Of a stretch of 64,000 bases of DNA, positions 51,991-64,000 are shown in pieces; position 1 is the first letter of the stretch; every line of letters begins with the position of its first letter. The stretch is taken from positions 229,524,001-229,588,000 of the forward strand of contig OZ024743.1 in assembly GCA_964016885.1 (NCBI GenBank), in the 5' to 3' direction. The position numbers were made by a program, and so were the translations under genes. Source of the DNA: Eledone cirrhosa. Its lineage: Eukaryota. Under the pieces are notes generated by a model that searched no databases, was not told the origin of the DNA, and was given only the letters and a program-made list of their open reading frames with translations.

Positions 51991-52120
51991 ATTTCTGAAG
52001 ATGGCAATATACGTGAAGGTATGTATATCTCCTCTGATAATTTGTAATATTTTTTTACATAGATCTTTAATATGATATACCTACCAACACACATATACAT
52101 CCCAGAAACGAACGTAAGAT
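51991..52120 (+). ncRNA. Type I hammerhead with ~100-nt stem II, within fold-back PLE terminus 51897-52320
   Basis: ATTT-CTGAAGA-TGG..GGTATGTATATC..GATATACCTACC..CCA-GAAA-CGAACG-TA-AGAT, GUA cleavage triplet. Homolog of 5531-5675. Confidence 0.72.
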
Positions 52121-52330
52121 GATTTTTATAATATAAGGAACCTGTTCTTTGTTTTTATTTCATTGTTTTTATTAATTTATCTTGACTCTGTTTTCCTATG
52201 ATTTTTATCGTTAAAATTTGAATGCATTTTCTGTTTTCATGATATCTTCTATATTTGGATTACATTGAGTTCGTCATACGGATTGGACACTACCGTATAT
52301 TTTGGTAGATTTATCTACATATATATATAT

Positions 52331-53198
52331 AGATAGTAGAAAGATCAGGTACCTCCGTAAAAACACTTATTAGCAAGACATACCCGTTCCAAAGACCCTC
52401 ATGTATAGATAAGAAATGTATAACCTGTAAAATAAGCCCCCATATTAACTGTAAAACTAGAAATGTAGTGTATAGCATAAGATGTACTGAAGGACAATGT
52501 AGAAACAAAAATATAGTGTACATAGGTGAGACAGCTCGTAGTATAGGGGAACGGATAAATGAACACTGGCGAGACCTTCAAGATAATAAAGAATCATCTG
52601 TACTCTACCAACATGCTAAGATAGAACACAAGGGTAAATTAGAGAACATAGAAATAAAAATAGAATCCACACACAGAAAAGATGCAATGTTTAGGCAAAT
52701 TACAGAGGCAGTAAGCATAAAAGAATTACAACCAAAATTAAATAGAAAATATGAGTGGAACAGCAACATCACAACTTACAATTAAGGACAAAATGAAAAC
52801 ACACACACACATAGAACAAACAACCAACCAACAACATGTAAATAAATAAACAAATAGATAAATGAACACAAACACACACAGACACCCGGATGTGGCGCAT
52901 GCGCAAACTGAGCACACAACACACACACAGAAACAAAATGGCGTAGGACAGAATAAAGGAAAGGCACAGAAACAAAGAAAGGAATCCCCAGTCACTGAAG
53001 AGGTCACAGAGTGTGTGACGAAAGGACTATGACTATATATAAACAACTATCTGGTTGTGGAACCAACCAACCAACCAGAAATTTATAAGTTTGTAGATTT
53101 GTAAATTTATAAATTTATAAATATATAATAAATTGAAGTGAAAGCAACTGGTGCGTGTGTTTCTTATTGGCAACATGACCCTCCCAAAGTATAACAAT
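52331..53198 (+). mobile_element. Neptune-like PLE 3' end: GIY-YIG fragment (52331-52785) plus terminal repeat
   Basis: IVERSG..CITC..NCKTRNVVYSIRC..YIGETARSIGERINEH..RQITEA..LNRKYEW. Ends GACCCTCCCAAAGTATAACAA like the 7.9-9.2 kb element. Confidence 0.88.
52990..53034 (+). ncRNA. Minimal type I hammerhead (mirror copy on - at 49449-49492)
   Basis: AGTCA-CTGAAGA-G-GTCACA-gagtg-TGTGAC-GAAA-GGAC-TA-TGACT. Confidence 0.78.
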
Positions 53199-53229
53199 AT
53201 ATATATATATATATGCATATATGTATATA

Positions 53230-53500
53230 TAACGAAGGAGGTATGGTAAGGAACCAGATGGGACATAACGCACCCGAGTACTCAATACTTAGGGTAGTAG
53301 AGTGAGTAATAGGAAAATGTTTAACCTCGACGGCAGAGCTCAAGCCATTTCGACGGCTATTTCTAGTCCAGAAATACCCGTAGAAATGGCTTATAAACGG
53401 TTTAAGTAATATTTTCTGACCTCGGCAAAGAAATAATTAAATAAATATATCTCTGCGTTGATATCTGTCTACCTATCTATCGTCGGGGTTAAACATTTTC
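53230..53500. mobile_element. Family X, copy 5, with an ~85-bp foreign insert
   Basis: Diverged family X palindrome interrupted at ~53397-53480 by an inverted copy of ~48741-48827. Confidence 0.75.
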
Positions 53501-54439
53501 ATATATGTATATATATATATGTATATATACACACACACGCAAAAATGTTCGTAACAAAGATGGTGAAGAAGTTGGCTGATAATCAGATTGTTTAGATATG
53601 ATTTCATATTTAGATTACTCAAATGGAATTTTATAAATCATGGCCCTGAGGAGGGAATAATCGATAAAATCGAACTTCAGTAACTTACTTTATACATATC
53701 CCTGAAGAATGAAATGCAAAATTTACGTTGATGGAACCTGAAACCAGAATACATAGACCCATAACTAAATATCACAAGGAATGTTTTCTGATATTTCTGT
53801 CATATACTTTTAAATAAAATTAATGATTTATAGTAATGGTGGAAGCCCGCACGTTTTGAGCGGGTGTAGTATTGTTGATCAGATCAGAGCCTTTCAAATT
53901 GTTGGTCACGACTCTCTAAGGGATCTATTCCGAACCCCTTTACATATCCATAAGCAGTTTATGAAAACTACTACAAGTGGAATTGATTTAGTATTAGTGT
54001 AATATTATAGCCACCTGACCGCCAAGGTTACAGTCGCCTTTCATCCTTACGGGGTCGATAAAATAAAGTACCAGTCCCACATTGCACATTGGGGTCGATT
54101 TAATCAACTTTCCCCTCCCTCAAAATTGTTGGCCTTGTGCCTATATAAGAAACCAATATTATAGGCACCTGAATATATACTAATCTGTACCGATGACATT
54201 TAGTATTTAATGCTGTTCTAACAGTATTGTATTATTCTAACATTATTGTAAGGGTAAAGGGTAAAAACTCGATTTGTTCACGCAAAACCATGGGATTTGC
54301 ACATAGAAAGTTTCCTCCCAAGGCACAAGTCCGAGCAAGACTGGTATGCTCATGCATACCAATCTCCCCTCTAGATGCCACCGGTTTTGTCCAAGGGAAA
54401 GGCTATGGCTGAAACAGTTTGACACATGTGATGTCGTAG

Positions 54440-54580
54440 CTCATTTTTAAAGCTGGGGGAACTGGAGCTACATGAAATAAAGTGTCTTGCTCAAGAACAG
54501 AACGCATCACCTGGTTTGGGAATGGAACTCACAACCTCCAGATTGCAAACTCAATATTCTAACCACAAAGTCACACGCCT
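54440..54580 (-). mobile_element. Decayed tRNA-derived SINE head (second SINE type); a related 3' part with (GAT)n tail lies at 57670-57905 (+)
   Basis: TTGAGCAAGACACTTTATTTC motif downstream of a tRNA-like head. AAGGGCATCCAGCTGTAAAAAC..(GAT)n at 57.7 kb. Confidence 0.5.
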
Positions 54581-55279
54581 TTATTAACATTATTGCAGAC
54601 CATATCTTAATACGTACATGTTAGACCATACCTTAATAGGTATATAAACCCATTTGATATTTAGCCGCCGAAACTCGGCCCTGCTTTTAAAGATACGACA
54701 CAGCTTATTTCAAAATGTTTTTATTACTCGAAAAATCTTTCACAATGGTTATATGCAATAAGCCGGTTGAGTTATGTTCCAAACATCAACTTAATCAGAA
54801 AGTTAGATATGATTAAATAAAGAAAACGTCTCCAAATTCTTGATTATTTTTAAAATGGCTTGAAAACCATGTAGAGTATCTTTCATGAGAAGCATGGTAA
54901 TGAATGAGTTAAAATGAGAGAAAGCGAGAAAAACAGTAAGATTCTAATTTTATTTGAAACCGCTTTAGTAAATAACATGATTTTTCTTTATAATCATACT
55001 AGCGTTAGTGATGGGAAGAAACATCAGAAAAAGATGAAAAGCAGAACCATCACGAACAAAAATAACAAGTAAATGACTGTCTAAGAAAAAAACATAAAAT
55101 AAAATTCATGAAATATGTATAGGAAAAAGATAAAATCAAATAAGATAATATGAAAATAAAATGCAATTAAATAAGAAACAAAGAATCGGAGAAAAATGAA
55201 AATATACACGTTCAAACACACACACACACACACACACACACTAGGACATACATATGCGTACGTGTGTGAGTGCGTGCGT

Positions 55280-55330
<51 letters not shown>

Positions 55331-55384
55331 TAGAGAGAGGGAGAGACTAATGTTTATATATACAAATATATATACATATATATA

Positions 55385-55487
<103 letters not shown>

Positions 55488-55929
55488 AGTAATGAATTGA
55501 AATGAAAAGAAAAGTGCGATGGCTGTTTGTTTAAGCAGAAGTAAAGTCTTCAACGAAAGGTATGAAGTAGGAACACTATTGAGTATCTAAGAATGATAAA
55601 CTGATTTTGTTTGCTGGCTTGTTTGTTGTGACTGTCCACACGTTATTATTATAATAGCGTAAATAACATTATGTGAGCCATATAAGCATAAGAAATGGTG
55701 TAGTTATTGTAGAAGAGGAAAGCTCTGTCTCTGTAGTACCCATCAACATTACAAGTGTAAAATTGAATAAAATACGTTCGTCATATTGTAAGAGGAAGTG
55801 GAAAATGAATAGAATATATGTAACGTAGAATTAGTGTATGTGTATGTATGTGTACGCATACATACACATATGTATGTACATATATATAACGAACGAGATT
55901 TGATATTTAGTAATAATATCTATATACAC

Positions 55930-55991
<62 letters not shown>

Positions 55992-56301
55992 AAATATATA
56001 TATATATACACACATGCAAAGATACATACCACACACACTCTCTCTCACTCACACACTCGTATATATATATATATATATAGAAAACGAACACGATTTGATA
56101 TTTAATGATATTTGTTTCTACATTCGGCAGAAGGACAGCAATTGGAATTGAAGGGGAAAGCCGATTAAGTCGACCCCATTGCGTTACTGGTAGTGAATGT
56201 TATCGAAACACGGGATTTGAACGTAACGGGCCGCAACTATATACCACAAATCTGTACCAATAGTGTACCAGTTCACCGCAATTGATATTTGCTAATATAA
56301 A

Positions 56302-56342
<41 letters not shown>

Positions 56343-58333
56343 TGTGTGTAAACAAAATTTCATACACTTAGCATGCATGTGCTACCATTGGTTTCGGGAT
56401 CCAGAGAGGGAGAGATAGAATTAACATATTATCTGTTCAGTAGATAAACCGACAGTAAAGTACTGATACTAGTGGAAATTACTGAGAGAAACATTAATAC
56501 AGGGTTGGCTTCTCTATAGTTGCTGTTGGCCACTTTATTCCGTCTACAAGAGTTTTAGAAAGGAACTGTGTTTACAGTTATTTTCTGCGTTTGAGGTTTT
56601 ATACATTTTCTAAGAATTACAATCCATTCAACGCTCCGATGCTTTATTTACAAAAGGAGATGCACTCATATATATAAACTAGTACAAAATAAACGGAAAT
56701 AAAAACATCTCGATGTCGTTGTTCTGTGGAGATCTCAATGGAAATAAGATAAGAAAAAACCTATACTAGAACACACTTATGCAAGACAATATTAATTATA
56801 TATTGTAATACATATGACAAGGTACAAAGGTAATCAGAATATATGTAGAATACAGGTAACCGAGACTGCGTAAATGTGCACATAAATCACTCATTTTTGT
56901 ATATAGAGACATATAAACATTTCCCTATTAATTGAAAAAAAGGATAAATGTATTTCAATCTAGTTGGATTCCTCATCCAAATATATGTATATTATCTAAA
57001 CAAATAGAAAGACATAACTTAAGGCCTTATATACCATATCACTTATAGTAGTAGCCTGAAATAGAGTATTAATTTGTATATTATTAGCGCAAATGATGAC
57101 AGTTAACTAACGTATATACTAGGTTGTGCGTTAAGCAGCCGAATTGTATCATAAATTTGTGTCTCTACATATAAAAAATAGATGTAACCGAGACTGCCCC
57201 AATATGTATAAACATTTCCACAGTTTTTTTGATATATAGACACGTAAATGTACCAAATATACATAGGCCCCTATATTTTGAAAAATGCACATATAACTTT
57301 AATGTATGAAAGTTATATCTATTAGGACGAAAGGTATTGGACATAAATGATACGAAAGTAAACCACGCTAAGTATTTTGTTGGAAGTATATATATATGAA
57401 ACACATCTATATATAACGGTATCAGATACTTATCATTTACGAAACTTCAACTAAAAGTTGCTAACATACTTAATATTGTAATTAAACGATTATAATTAAT
57501 CAAAATTAAGTATGTAACCAGAGGAAAAGGGTAACTAACTTTATTCGTTCTAAGAAATGTAAGGAAAATACCCCTAAATGTCAGTTTGTTTCGGTCTTAT
57601 TTGATTTCATCGACGAAGTAATGTCAGGCAGAGTTGTCTATAGAGATACATATATCTAATGTGCCACTATAAAAATGCACCTAATACACTCCGTGATGTG
57701 CTTGGTGTTAAGAAGGGCATCCAGCTGTAAAAACTAAGCCAAAACCGGAACTTATGTAAGTGAGGCGTAACTACCGAACTCTCTAGGACAACAGTGTCTC
57801 CTATCAAGAACTTACTTGGTATGTAACGATCTATCGAACACATGTCAGCTTTGTTGGGAAAATGGAAGTTAAGTGATGATGATGATGATGATGATGATGG
57901 TGATGAAACGTAATATCGTGATCATTTTAAATAAGGACAGAGATAATATGTATTTATCGTATAGAAAGAATTGCGGACTTGTTTAGTTAAGATGAGCCTA
58001 TAATAGAACAACACACTTATTCATGCTGCTTCACTGTTGGATGGAACTAGGAACCAAGTAGAATCGGAAAACAACATACAACACTCCCACTTAGACAAAA
58101 CATAGAGAGTGAAAGAAAATAAAGTATGTGAGTGACAGAGAGAGAGAGGATGAGAAAAAAGAAAAAAAGAGAGAAGAAGAGAGAGATAGAGTTAGAAAGA
58201 AAAATGAATATAGAAAGTGAGAGAGAGTGAGAAAGAGTGAGGATGAAAGAGAAATAGAGAGATTGAGTCCGTGAGCATTTATGATGTAGGGTTAACACAC
58301 ATGACGAGAGAGGAAGAGATAGATAGATAGATA

Positions 58334-58894
58334 CATTTCTTTATTATCCACGAGGGCACAAAAGAAGGGGACACATACAAATGGGGAGTTTACATACAGG
58401 TATATGAAACTATTAATAAAACTATTAATAAAACAACAAATAACAATTGAAATCCCCAATAGGGGGAGGCGTTACACAGGAGTTGTACACACGCCGAAAA
58501 AATATGTACAACCCTCATCTCCAGGAGCACCAAGAGTGAGTACTCACTTCCTCTCTTCCTCGTTTTCTTCAACCTACAGGCTTATAGAGAGAGAAGGCCC
58601 AACCGCTCGGGCCATCTTTGCCACATTCACCCACCTTTCATAAAATTTGCTGGGGTACAGCACCTTTCTCTCCATCCTGATTCTTCTTCCAAAATGATAT
58701 TTGAAAAAACGAATCAGTTGTTCGCCGGAGAGAACGGTGTCTGACCTCAGCCCTTTTAACCTCGTCCACCATATAACCTCTTTCACCATAGCCATAACAC
58801 ATAGGAAAACCGCCTTTCCTTCGTTTTTGAAGGAGGGTGGCGGTTTGATCATGACAATTGACTCGGTGGTCAACTGGATTGGTCCCACCCGTGG

Positions 58895-58896
<2 letters not shown>
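58334..58896 (-). mobile_element. Tx1-clade LINE 3' fragment D
   Basis: IQLTTESIV..PPPSF..AVFLCVMAMVKEVIWWTRLKGL..ERWVNVAKMAR, homologous to the B/C ORF2 end. 3' AATAAAGAAATG then (TATC)n. Confidence 0.9.
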
Positions 58897-58980
<84 letters not shown>

Positions 58981-59080
58981 TCGGAGAGCGTACAACCATG
59001 ACAAAATATCGTGCCTCGCTCCGACGTATTTTCTTCCGCCGAACCCACGCATCTCAGGGATTATATATATATAAATATAT

Positions 59081-59579
59081 ATCCTCAGCATTCTCGTGTT
59101 GCACCCATCCACCATCTGAGTGAGTTTCTTGGTCAGTGTCCAAGTCTCAGACCCATACAGCAGCACAGACTCCACTACAGCAATGAAGAGGCGGACTTTC
59201 AGGTCTCTACAAAGGTCCGACTTCCACACCGATCTCAAGCTGTGGCACGCCGCCCAGGCCTTACTCTTCCTCTCAACCACATCATCCTCCTTATTCCCAA
59301 TCTTTGCTCCCAAATACAAAAGTCAGCTCAAAAGTGACACAGAGGAGACTGAGGTTAGCTGGACATGCTCACCGACATCCAGAGTTGATATTGTACTCAG
59401 TGCTCCTTTGGGAGCCCCTACATGGACACACTAGAAGTGGAAGACCAAGGTTAACGTATGTTGATGCCCTAAGGACAGACACTGGTCTGTTGGAGACGCA
59501 GGACATGGCAGCGATAATGAGGGACAGAGACCGCTGGAGAGAACTCGTCCATGGATCTCGGGAATTTTACCCGCTTTAG
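59081..59579. mobile_element. RTE-type LINE 3' end with 5' inversion
   Basis: 59081-59317 (-): YLG..AVVESVLLYGSETWTL..TRMLR. 59318-59579 (+): RRLRLAGH..WEP..GRPRLTYVD..DRDRWR*. (TA)n both sides. Confidence 0.85.
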
Positions 59580-59874
59580 ATATATATATATATATATATC
59601 TGTCTAACAAGAGAAGAGCTGAATTGTTACTTATTTTCTGTGTCCATTAACTCTGTCTGTCCTGTTAGTACGTAATGAAGCGTATATCACTTCAAGCTTT
59701 TCAACGATAATACATGAAGTTGGACAATATAGTGTAAGATAGTGTAAGACATAGATACACACACACGCACGCACAAACGCACACACACACTCGTACAGTG
59801 CACAAACATACACACACGCACACACACACACACATATATATATATATGATATATAAATATATATATATAATATA

Positions 59875-60792
59875 CTAGCAGTAAAGCCCGGCGTTGCTCG
59901 GGGTCGCTCAGTAGCTGTGTTAAAGTTACAATGTTAAGTTTCTTTCTTGGCTTAAAAACTGTAGTGTCTACTGTGCAGACTTGCATGTGGTGTTTTTGAT
60001 TAATATTCCCTCAACCAACAATATGCCTTATGAAGTTAAGAAAACATAACGATAACCCGAATGTTATAACAAAAGAGGATGCTGGGGATAGAAACTGCAC
60101 TGGTTATTTATTAACAAAGATCGAAAATGTAAACACTGCAACGCAGAGAAAAACATTAGCGTAACCAAATTATCAGTTATGTCTGTCTGTACGCCTATAT
60201 CACCTCTCTGCACGACTGTCTGTCTGCACGCCTATATCACCTCTCTGCACGACTGTCTGTCTGCACGCCTATATCACCTCTCTGCACGACTGTCTGTCTG
60301 CACGCCTATATCACCTCTCTGCACGACTGTCTGTCTGCACGACTGTCTGTCTGCACGCCTAACGACGAAATATTTGCTTGTTTTACGTAGTCTTTAAATA
60401 GACTTGTTTTCAAGTAAAAATATTGTTTTAAAATGCTTTTAAATGGAAATGAAGCAAAACGGAAGCTTAGTGTTCGAACTGATGAATTTTGCAGGTCAAT
60501 ATTTTGCTATGTCATTTTAAACGCTGAGAAAGCCAGCGTAATTTTTTACGTAAGACGCTCAATGTAAACAGAACAAAGGGAAATAACTGATAACTTACGC
60601 TCAAAAATCGATACATTATATTCGATTTCGTCACATAGGGTGGGTCAATTTGAAATTTTTTTTTCCGATGTCTTCGCTAGGGCTCAATGTACAAGTATAG
60701 CAATTTCGGTGCAATTCCGTGAGAGATTCTAAGAGGAGATGTGTGCCAAAAATCGATAGACAGACAGACAACCACAGTTTTATATATATAGA
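59875..60792 (-). mobile_element. Non-autonomous Helitron
   Basis: On -: 5' A|TCTATATATATAAAA, 3' hairpin CCCGAGCAACGCCGGG + 8 nt + CTAG|T, consistent with A^T insertion. Confidence 0.75.
60181..60360 (+). repeat. 37-bp minisatellite (~4.5 units) inside the Helitron
   Basis: Unit GTCTGTCTGCACGCCTATATCACCTCTCTGCACGACT. Confidence 0.93.
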
Positions 60793-60844
60793 TAAGATAT
60801 TCACATATAAACACATATCTCTTCTTAGCTTCGTACGGATCTAT

Positions 60845-60924
<80 letters not shown>

Positions 60925-61153
60925 GCGCGCTCATGCTTACGCACGTGCTCAAGTATAGCTCTTTTTACAAAACAGTTTATTTTCCATTTCAGGTAGACAC
61001 GCATCATCATCCACATTTCTAAAAAACAGATCATACACAAAACGCCAGCACCAAGAGATGTCAACATGAATGGACCTATTATTTTTTAACTAAAGACATG
61101 TTTTCCAATTCTATCCCGCCCGTCCCCTTAATGTATTTTATTTCTCATTCTTT

Positions 61154-61188
61154 CTTCTGATGAAGGACTAGCGTCCGTAACGTTAAGA
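61154..61188 (+). ncRNA. Degenerate minimal hammerhead (GAAA mutated to GTAA)
   Basis: TCTT-CTGATGA-A-GGAC-tagc-GTCC-GTAA-CG-TT-AAGA. Confidence 0.5.
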
Positions 61189-61367
61189 CCCTCTTCCTGC
61201 TATATCAAGCGTTAACCTAATATATCCCTTCCATATACTGTACCGATTGTGTTGTTATTTCTGTTTACCTTTTACACATATATATATATATATATATATA
61301 TATGTCGTATGGTTGCTAGGATGCGTCCATAGGCGGTATGCCGGTTGAGCACTCTTCTTCGTTTTCC

Positions 61368-61433
<66 letters not shown>

Positions 61434-61434
<1 letters not shown>

Positions 61435-61911
61435 TAGCCGAATTACCCGCATGTTGCTGCGTTTCATATTTTTTTTTGTAATAAAATGATGATTTTACAT
61501 CAGTGATATAATTTATAGAAAAACTCTGCATTTCAATATTACTCAATATAAAATGTATTGGATGAAAATTTAGAAAAGATTATTTTTTGTAATATCTCAA
61601 ATGAAAATTACATTATTAAATCTTATTCTTATTTTATTTCTTGTAAATAATTTTTTTCAAAATATCAATTCAAAACTTTTGTGTATAGGCACCATACCTT
61701 GTTATTTACCTGCAGTTTAAATTTCATATAAATCGAAGGGAAAACATTTTCAGCGGGGGTTTGTGCCACCGGGGAACACTTTGATTAAAATGAAATATAC
61801 TTATCCAAGTACCCTGGGCAATGTATCTTCAGAATATATATGTTTATGGGGGTCTATCTCGAAAACCACAGGAGTAGTTCGTGAACAAACAAACAGACAG
61901 GAATACAACTT

Positions 61912-61925
<14 letters not shown>
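61434..61925 (-). mobile_element. Second non-autonomous Helitron-like element
   Basis: On -: CGCAGCAACATGCGGG..CGGCTAG|T 3' end. The 5' end merges into (TA)n before AAAGTTGTATTCCTGTCTGTTTG. Confidence 0.6.
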
Positions 61926-61964
<39 letters not shown>

Positions 61965-61967
<3 letters not shown>

Positions 61968-64000
61968 AATGTTCTATTTAAATTGTTGGGATACAACAAG
62001 CAAATATTTTTATAACTGCATTCAACAAATATTTGGAGTAAAAATACGATATTAACAAAGGGAAACTATATTTATAAAACCATATTTATTTCATTATACA
62101 TATTCCAAGGACACCAAGTTAAATTATGGTGTGCTTTCATCAGATAAAATATAATATAGATCAGTTTTATAAATAAATATTGACATACCCTTAAAGAATG
62201 CAACCATTTCTGTTGGAAGCTCCCGGATAGTGGAGTTGTAGCTTTAATTATATTATTAGTATTGGATATTTTAAAAATAAACCGTTGGGTTAAGGAGAAA
62301 GAGAGAGATAGAGAAGGAAAGAGAGAGAAACAACAGAGAGAGAAAGATAGAGAGAGAGAGGAGACAGAGAAAGGAGAGAGAGAACGAAAAACTCTAATTC
62401 ATATCTTGTTGAGTTAACTTAACAATTGAGATGAAATGAATAAATAAAGTTAGAAATGTTAATAATCATGAATGGAATATACATATATAATATGAGAAAT
62501 TTAACCATTGTTTAAATATGATAAGATTTTTAGTTAATCAGTTAAATATTGAGATCAATATATTAAAAATTGGGATCTATATATTAAGAAATCCATATAT
62601 TATTAAAAATCTATATATTATATAACACGTATACACACGCAAAAAGTACATACATATATATATATACACGCTTATAAAAATACATATTACATATCTAACT
62701 ACGTATATGATATATACATACAAAATATAAAGGATTCTTTAATTTAATTTAAGATATAGGAATCTTATAAAATGTTACGATTGTTAAGATATTAAAGGAA
62801 ATTTTATGTTATACACACTTTATGTTATTAAACAAAATTTTTTATATAAGTTTTAGAAGATTACCTGTTATGTATTTATGGCTTTTATTATATGTCTATT
62901 TGTCACGAATCTTGGGATAATCATTATACATAAGTGCAATCGAATTGTATGGATATACACGCACATGTACATATATGTACCCTCACAAATAGGTAGATAC
63001 GCATCACGTATATATATACATAGAGATAGACATACACGCATAAAACATATGTACATGCATGTCAATACACACATATACATATATACACTCATATAGAGAG
63101 AAGTATATATAAATACAGTACATAGTATAATTGAGTACATAAAATACAAAAGAATTATATTACGATTTGGCAATATAATTATAAGCAATATAACTTAAAA
63201 AAAATATAACTTTAAAATATTATAGAATATTTCAAGTTATAATTTCAAAATAATAGTATGTTTAATAGATTTAGTATAGAAATTTTCTACGTATATTTAA
63301 CTTAATTTTATATCCATAAGAGAAATAAACAGAAACTTTGAAAGGATAAACTTTCGAAAATAGGAGAAGCTATCAAACAATAAAAAATAAAAAAATATAA
63401 GAAATATTTTCTCTTTTCAAGAGCCCTCAGTATATATCTCTAGAATAGTTTATTATATTTATTTATATTTAGGAAGAAAAGTTATTTTTACTTGAGTGTA
63501 TAATCAGTCAAAAAAGATGAATGAATCTAATGATTTATCGACAGGTTCAATATATTAATAAAATTAATTAATTAATTATATATTACATTTTAAATTTATA
63601 TTTATATTTAAACCTTGCATTTAATCTATGTCTACAGCAACTGAATAAATTATTCCTTAAGTTCAGGGAATTTTTGGTCTTTAATATAAAGAATATTTCC
63701 TCGATACAAAGATCACAATTTTCTGAAGAGGAGTTAAAAGGAGTAGCTTTTGAAATAATATTCCAAATCAACGAATATTCAACGTTCTTTAGTTTGAGGT
63801 CCCATAATAGGCTAGATAGAGAAGTTGAAGATTTTTTGTTTGGATCTGTAAAATAATTTTTATGATTATTGAAGCGGGATTTAAACTCTGTGGAAGTGGA
63901 TCCCACATAATTAAATGAATTTAAATAAATTTTTACATTACAATTATATACTATATTTTTAGCTAAACAATTGTTATTTAACGAACAGTTAGATTATTTC
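61965..64000 (-). mobile_element. Naiad-like PLE 3' end: GIY-YIG C-terminus (63583-64000) plus 3' region with hammerhead
   Basis: C...NCLAKNIVYNCNV..YVGSTSTEFKSRFNNH..WNII..CDLCIEE..LN.R..CCRH, homologous to ORF 993-2294. A stop near 63995. Linkage to the 62 kb terminus is inferred. Confidence 0.75.

Noticed and set aside
60181-60360. CRISPR-like 37-bp repeats
   Set aside because: Head-to-tail units without spacers, no cas genes, eukaryotic context.

Overview
Eukaryotic, AT-rich, microsatellite-dense DNA made almost entirely of retroelement material. The SINEs resemble, from memory, those of octopod cephalopods. No host gene is supported, and most short ORFs in the track are (TA)n/(CA)n artefacts. 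Main structure 1 is a ~20 kb array (13.83-34.12 kb) of ten insertions, each bounded by (AAT)n. It holds three Tx1-clade LINEs on - (two with intact ORF1 and ORF2, one internally deleted), five 5'-truncated REL-endonuclease R4/Dong-like elements on +, and two tRNA-derived SINEs on - whose 3' tail resembles the Tx1 tail. Main structure 2 is a dense set of (TA)n-flanked Penelope-like element (PLE) pieces: Naiad-like, Neptune-like and a GC-rich type. Many form fold-back palindromes, and they carry about a dozen type I hammerhead ribozyme motifs, some with long covarying stem II. Also present are RTE fragments (one with a twin-priming-type inversion), a decayed CR1/L2-type LINE, two non-autonomous Helitrons and a 37-bp minisatellite. 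All comparisons were made by eye.
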